Shown here piece by piece: positions 60,792 through 64,000 of a stretch of DNA of 64,000 nt (its first letter is position 1; each line of letters starts with the position of its first letter). The DNA is from Candidatus Binatia bacterium (lineage in GTDB: Bacteria; Desulfobacterota; Binatia; UBA9968; JAJDTQ01): positions 1,504,001 to 1,568,000 of the forward strand of contig OY762897.2 in the NCBI GenBank assembly GCA_963666515.2, written 5' to 3'. Under the pieces are notes generated by a model. That model made no database searches and was not told where the DNA came from. It saw only the letters and a list, made by a program, of their open reading frames with translations. Position numbers and translations under genes: made by a program.

Positions 60792-61907
60792 CTAGCTCAC
60801 CCCGTACAGCCGGGCGCAATTGTCCCAGAGGATTTTCTTCATGGAGCTATCGCTCAGCCCCGGGGTCTCCATGAACTCTTCCACCGCGTGGGGATAGTGT
60901 GCGTCGAGGTGCGGGTAGTCTGTGGAGATGACGATGTTGCCGTCTCCCAGCCGCCCGATGACGTCGGTCACGAGATACTCGTCCACGTCCACGGAGATGA
61001 AGCACTGGTCGAGGAAGTACTCGCTTGGCTTCCGGGACAGAGGCACATCGGCGAGGGCGCCGTGAAGCTCTGCCCGCTCATCGAGCCGGTACAGGAGCCA
61101 CGGCAGCCACGCGCAGTTGCCTTCGAGGAACGCCACCTTGAGGGTCGGGAACTTCTCCAGCACGCCGCCGCCGCAGAAGGCGGACACCGCCAGTTGCAGC
61201 TCGATGGGGTTGCGCAAGGCCATGGCGATGACGCTGGAATTGGGGTGTCCGTAGAACTCCCGCGCCACCTGCTTCTGCTTGGGGTTGGCGGGCGGATGGA
61301 AGCACAGCGGCACCTTCAGCCGGTCGATCTCCGCCCACAGAGGGTCGTAGTAGCGGTCGTGGATGCGGCGGCCGTTCACGGGTTCGGGGCAGACCGACAG
61401 CCCCACCACGCCCAGCTCCGTCACCGCCCTGCGCGCCTCGTCCACGGCCATGTCCACGTCGTGCAGCGTCAGCAGGCCGGAAGCCTTCATGCGCTCCGGC
61501 CGCTCGCTGCAAAAATCTGCGATCCAGCTATTCCATGCCCGGCAAAGGTCGTTGGCGTATTCCGGCTCGAAGCTGTCGTCGCAGTGGAGCGGGGAGGTGC
61601 GGAACATGACGGCCACGTCCAGGCCCTCGTTGTCCATCGCCACCACCTGCGACGGCGCGTCGTAGCCGTGCTCCAGCGCGTAGCCGTAGCGGTCCGCTAC
61701 CTTGTCCTCACCGTGCTGCAGCACCTGGTTCCGCGGCCGCAGCACGGTGCCGTTGCCCAGGCTGAACTCGATACGGCCGTGCTTGCTGCGGTCCTTGCCC
61801 ACGGGGATACGGTCGCCCCATTTGGGGTTCATGTACTTCTCGTAGAGGTCCTGGGCGTCAAACACGTGCATGTCGCTGTCGAACACCTTGTATCCGTTTC
61901 TGGCCAT
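60792..61907 (-). CDS. Amidohydrolase_2 family protein
   Basis: DSDMH, RAWNSW, FHP, LEGNCAW, STDYPH; close paralog of 45201-46328. Confidence 0.9.
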   Translation of the reverse strand: MARNGYKVFDSDMHVFDAQDLYEKYMNPKWGDRIPVGKDRSKHGRIEFSLGNGTVLRPRNQVLQHGEDKVADRYGYALEHGYDAPSQVVAMDNEGLDVAVMFRTSPLHCDDSFEPEYANDLCRAWNSWIADFCSERPERMKASGLLTLHDVDMAVDEARRAVTELGVVGLSVCPEPVNGRRIHDRYYDPLWAEIDRLKVPLCFHPPANPKQKQVAREFYGHPNSSVIAMALRNPIELQLAVSAFCGGGVLEKFPTLKVAFLEGNCAWLPWLLYRLDERAELHGALADVPLSRKPSEYFLDQCFISVDVDEYLVTDVIGRLGDGNIVISTDYPHLDAHYPHAVEEFMETPGLSDSSMKKILWDNCARLYGVS

Positions 61908-61947
61908 GTTCCTGCTCCTTGCCGCCGTCCTGGCACACACTTGGCGG

Positions 61948-63192
61948 CTATGAAATCTCAATCAGCTCCGGCGGGAACTCGTTCAGGCATTCCGTTCCCG
62001 AATCCCTGATGGCATAGGTGTCGCCGATGAAGAGTCCCCGCGTCCTCGCCTTGTCCACGAGATGAATCTGAAGCACGAACACCGTACCGTTCCGAAAGAC
62101 CATCTCGTCACCATCGTAGAGCTTGTTCTCCGCCAAGCTGGTCAACTCCGGGCCGATCTGCGGCTCGTGACGCGGCTGAGCGCCCAGCATCCCTTGCAGG
62201 TAGCCGCCCCAGGCGTCGTAACCCGCCGGCTTGATGACGCTGTTGGCGGCGTTGACCGAGTCGGAACCGGTGCCGCCCACCTTCAGGGTCTCGGCCACCC
62301 GATGGTAGGCTTCCAGCGCCACGTCGAACATCCTCCGGAACTCGTCGGTCGGGGGTCCGATGAACATCGGCTTCCCGGTCTGCGCCTCGTAGCCGTTGTA
62401 GAGGATCCCCAACTCGTTGTTGACGATGTCGCCGCGGGTGATGACCCGTTCCGAGGGGCGGGGCCGCTGGTCGCCGACGTCCGGATCTGACATGGGCGTG
62501 GAGCTGAGCTGTATCATGCCCATCTCGCCACCGTTCCGTACCACTGCCTCGTACACGACGGCGAAAGCTTCCGACTCGGTCATGCCGGGCTTGAGCTTCT
62601 CCGCCAGTGCCCGTAACCCGATGTCCTGCACCAGGGCCGACTTGCGCAGGGCCTCGATCTCCTCATCACTCTTGAACAGCCTGAGGGCGAGAAACTCTCT
62701 GGTCACGAACACGAACTTGGCGTCGGGCAGCTCCGACACGAAGAAGTCCCAATGGTTCTTCGGGATGGAGGTCAAGGGATCGTACTCGACGATGCCGATC
62801 CTCCCCTTGTCGTACCCCATCTCCCGGACCTTGCCGACGATGGCGTCCAGCACGTTGGAGCGGCCGACGACCAACTCCTTCACCACGCTGCGGGCGATCA
62901 TGCCGGGCGCCAGCGAGTGTCCGGGCCGGGTGATGACGCTGGGATCGCCCTCCCTGGGAAAGAAGCAGTAGTAGGCCATTTCCGCCTTGCCCATCATGTT
63001 CGTCAGGTAACGGACATTGAACCACAACCGCCCGTATGCGGCCGAGCCGCCGATGACCAGAAGACAGTCGAGTTCCTGGTCGCGCAGGAGCTTCCGCACA
63101 TTCGCGTAACGCCGTTGGTACTCGGCGTCCGAAAACCGAGGATAGGGGTACTTGGCGTGCAAACGGTCCAGTTCGTCCGGCTCGATGAACAT
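61948..63192 (-). CDS. M24 (Xaa-Pro peptidase/creatinase) fold protein
   Basis: FSDAEYQRR, NVRYLT, KSDEEIEALR, LKPGMTESE, GDT. Confidence 0.8.
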   Translation of the reverse strand: MFIEPDELDRLHAKYPYPRFSDAEYQRRYANVRKLLRDQELDCLLVIGGSAAYGRLWFNVRYLTNMMGKAEMAYYCFFPREGDPSVITRPGHSLAPGMIARSVVKELVVGRSNVLDAIVGKVREMGYDKGRIGIVEYDPLTSIPKNHWDFFVSELPDAKFVFVTREFLALRLFKSDEEIEALRKSALVQDIGLRALAEKLKPGMTESEAFAVVYEAVVRNGGEMGMIQLSSTPMSDPDVGDQRPRPSERVITRGDIVNNELGILYNGYEAQTGKPMFIGPPTDEFRRMFDVALEAYHRVAETLKVGGTGSDSVNAANSVIKPAGYDAWGGYLQGMLGAQPRHEPQIGPELTSLAENKLYDGDEMVFRNGTVFVLQIHLVDKARTRGLFIGDTYAIRDSGTECLNEFPPELIEIS

Positions 63193-63314
63193 CGGTTCCC
63201 TGTGGTCGGAAAAAGAGGTCTGCGCCTTTGAATCAGCCTTCTTCTAGTTCACCACCCTCCGCCCTGTCAACGTGACCGCCGCCACCAACCCTTTCGCCAT
63301 TCTCGTCATCGGCG

Positions 63315-64000
63315 TCATGGCTGCCGGAGGGACTCTCCTCCGAGTCTCTCAAGTCGCTCAATCCATCTTTTGAAGTGAGGACACTGCGAGCGAATGCTCT
63401 CCAAGCCAATAAGCTCGGCCATCTGTGGGCCCACTGTTGGCTTCAAGGGATCGTACTCGGGGAATTGCTCGATGATTCTTTTTGATGGGGCCGTATGTTG
63501 CCCGTCGTCGATCTCTTCCGGAGACTGGACATCTCCAACGATCTTACGCAAAGCCACGATTCCGTAATTTGCTTTGTCAAAGAATAAGGCCAACCGGGAT
63601 ACGTCGGAGAACAGGTATGCCTCGAACTCGTGCAACTGGATGAACGGGATGAAGCGGTTATCCCCGGTCTCATCAAGCCACGACTTCTCAAGGGTTTCCA
63701 CCCGCTTGTAGGGGTCCATGCGGAGCCTTTCGGCTTCTTTGAGGCCGGGGAAATTCGCATGCAAGGCGTAAAGATCAATCATGGTGGTGAAGAACACGTC
63801 CCTCCCCGAATCCTCCTTGAGACGGCGGGTGATGTCGTTCTGCATCGCCGTGAAATTTCTTCCTCCTCCCCGATGAATCCTTCCTTTCTTTCGGGCATGC
63901 GCGATCAACACCGGCTTTTGCATGTAGACGCCGAAGTGCGCCAAATGGGGCTTCAAGACGGTATCCGCGAACGTCTGTTCTGTTTGACCTTCAACGAAGA
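63315..64000 (-). CDS. DUF4276-like (TOPRIM-related) protein, 5' end outside window
   Basis: FVEGQTEQTF..VLKPHL, TTMIDLY, HEFEAYLF, PEEIDDG..APSKRI, CPHF. Confidence 0.8.
   Translation of the reverse strand, partial: FVEGQTEQTFADTVLKPHLAHFGVYMQKPVLIAHARKKGRIHRGGGRNFTAMQNDITRRLKEDSGRDVFFTTMIDLYALHANFPGLKEAERLRMDPYKRVETLEKSWLDETGDNRFIPFIQLHEFEAYLFSDVSRLALFFDKANYGIVALRKIVGDVQSPEEIDDGQHTAPSKRIIEQFPEYDPLKPTVGPQMAELIGLESIRSQCPHFKRWIERLERLGGESLRQP

Overview
High-GC bacterial window; the gene content resembles Deltaproteobacteria-like lineages such as Candidatus Binatia (inference, not verified). 0.5-22 kb is mostly housekeeping (EF-G paralog, coaX, birA, valS, tRNA-Leu(CAG), prenyl synthase/ubiE, mutT, M23 peptidase, cysS). 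It is interrupted by a putative sigma54-controlled unit with a ThrB/APH-fold kinase that lacks its catalytic aspartates plus a PPP-type phosphatase, and by three tandem ornithine cyclodeaminase/mu-crystallin paralogs. 22.5-36.4 kb is a co-oriented catabolic cluster: two UbiD decarboxylases, a three-subunit xanthine-dehydrogenase-family Mo enzyme, two CrtI-like flavoproteins, two SDRs and a binding protein, with higBA and palindromic repeats inserted. 36-51 kb holds prc, ispG, dus, maf, transporters, amidohydrolases, a CoA transferase and an LLM oxygenase. 51.2-56.2 kb is a lower-GC islet with TA modules, a J-domain protein, a HEPN/MtlR-like gene and a truncated IS3 whose orfA tail is fused to a membrane-anchored ORF. 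The end has more amidohydrolases, a DUF6338-like gene with an unannotated poly-proline peptide, an M24-fold hydrolase and a partial DUF4276-like gene. No CRISPR or rRNA seen. Family calls are from motif recognition only; no searches were run.
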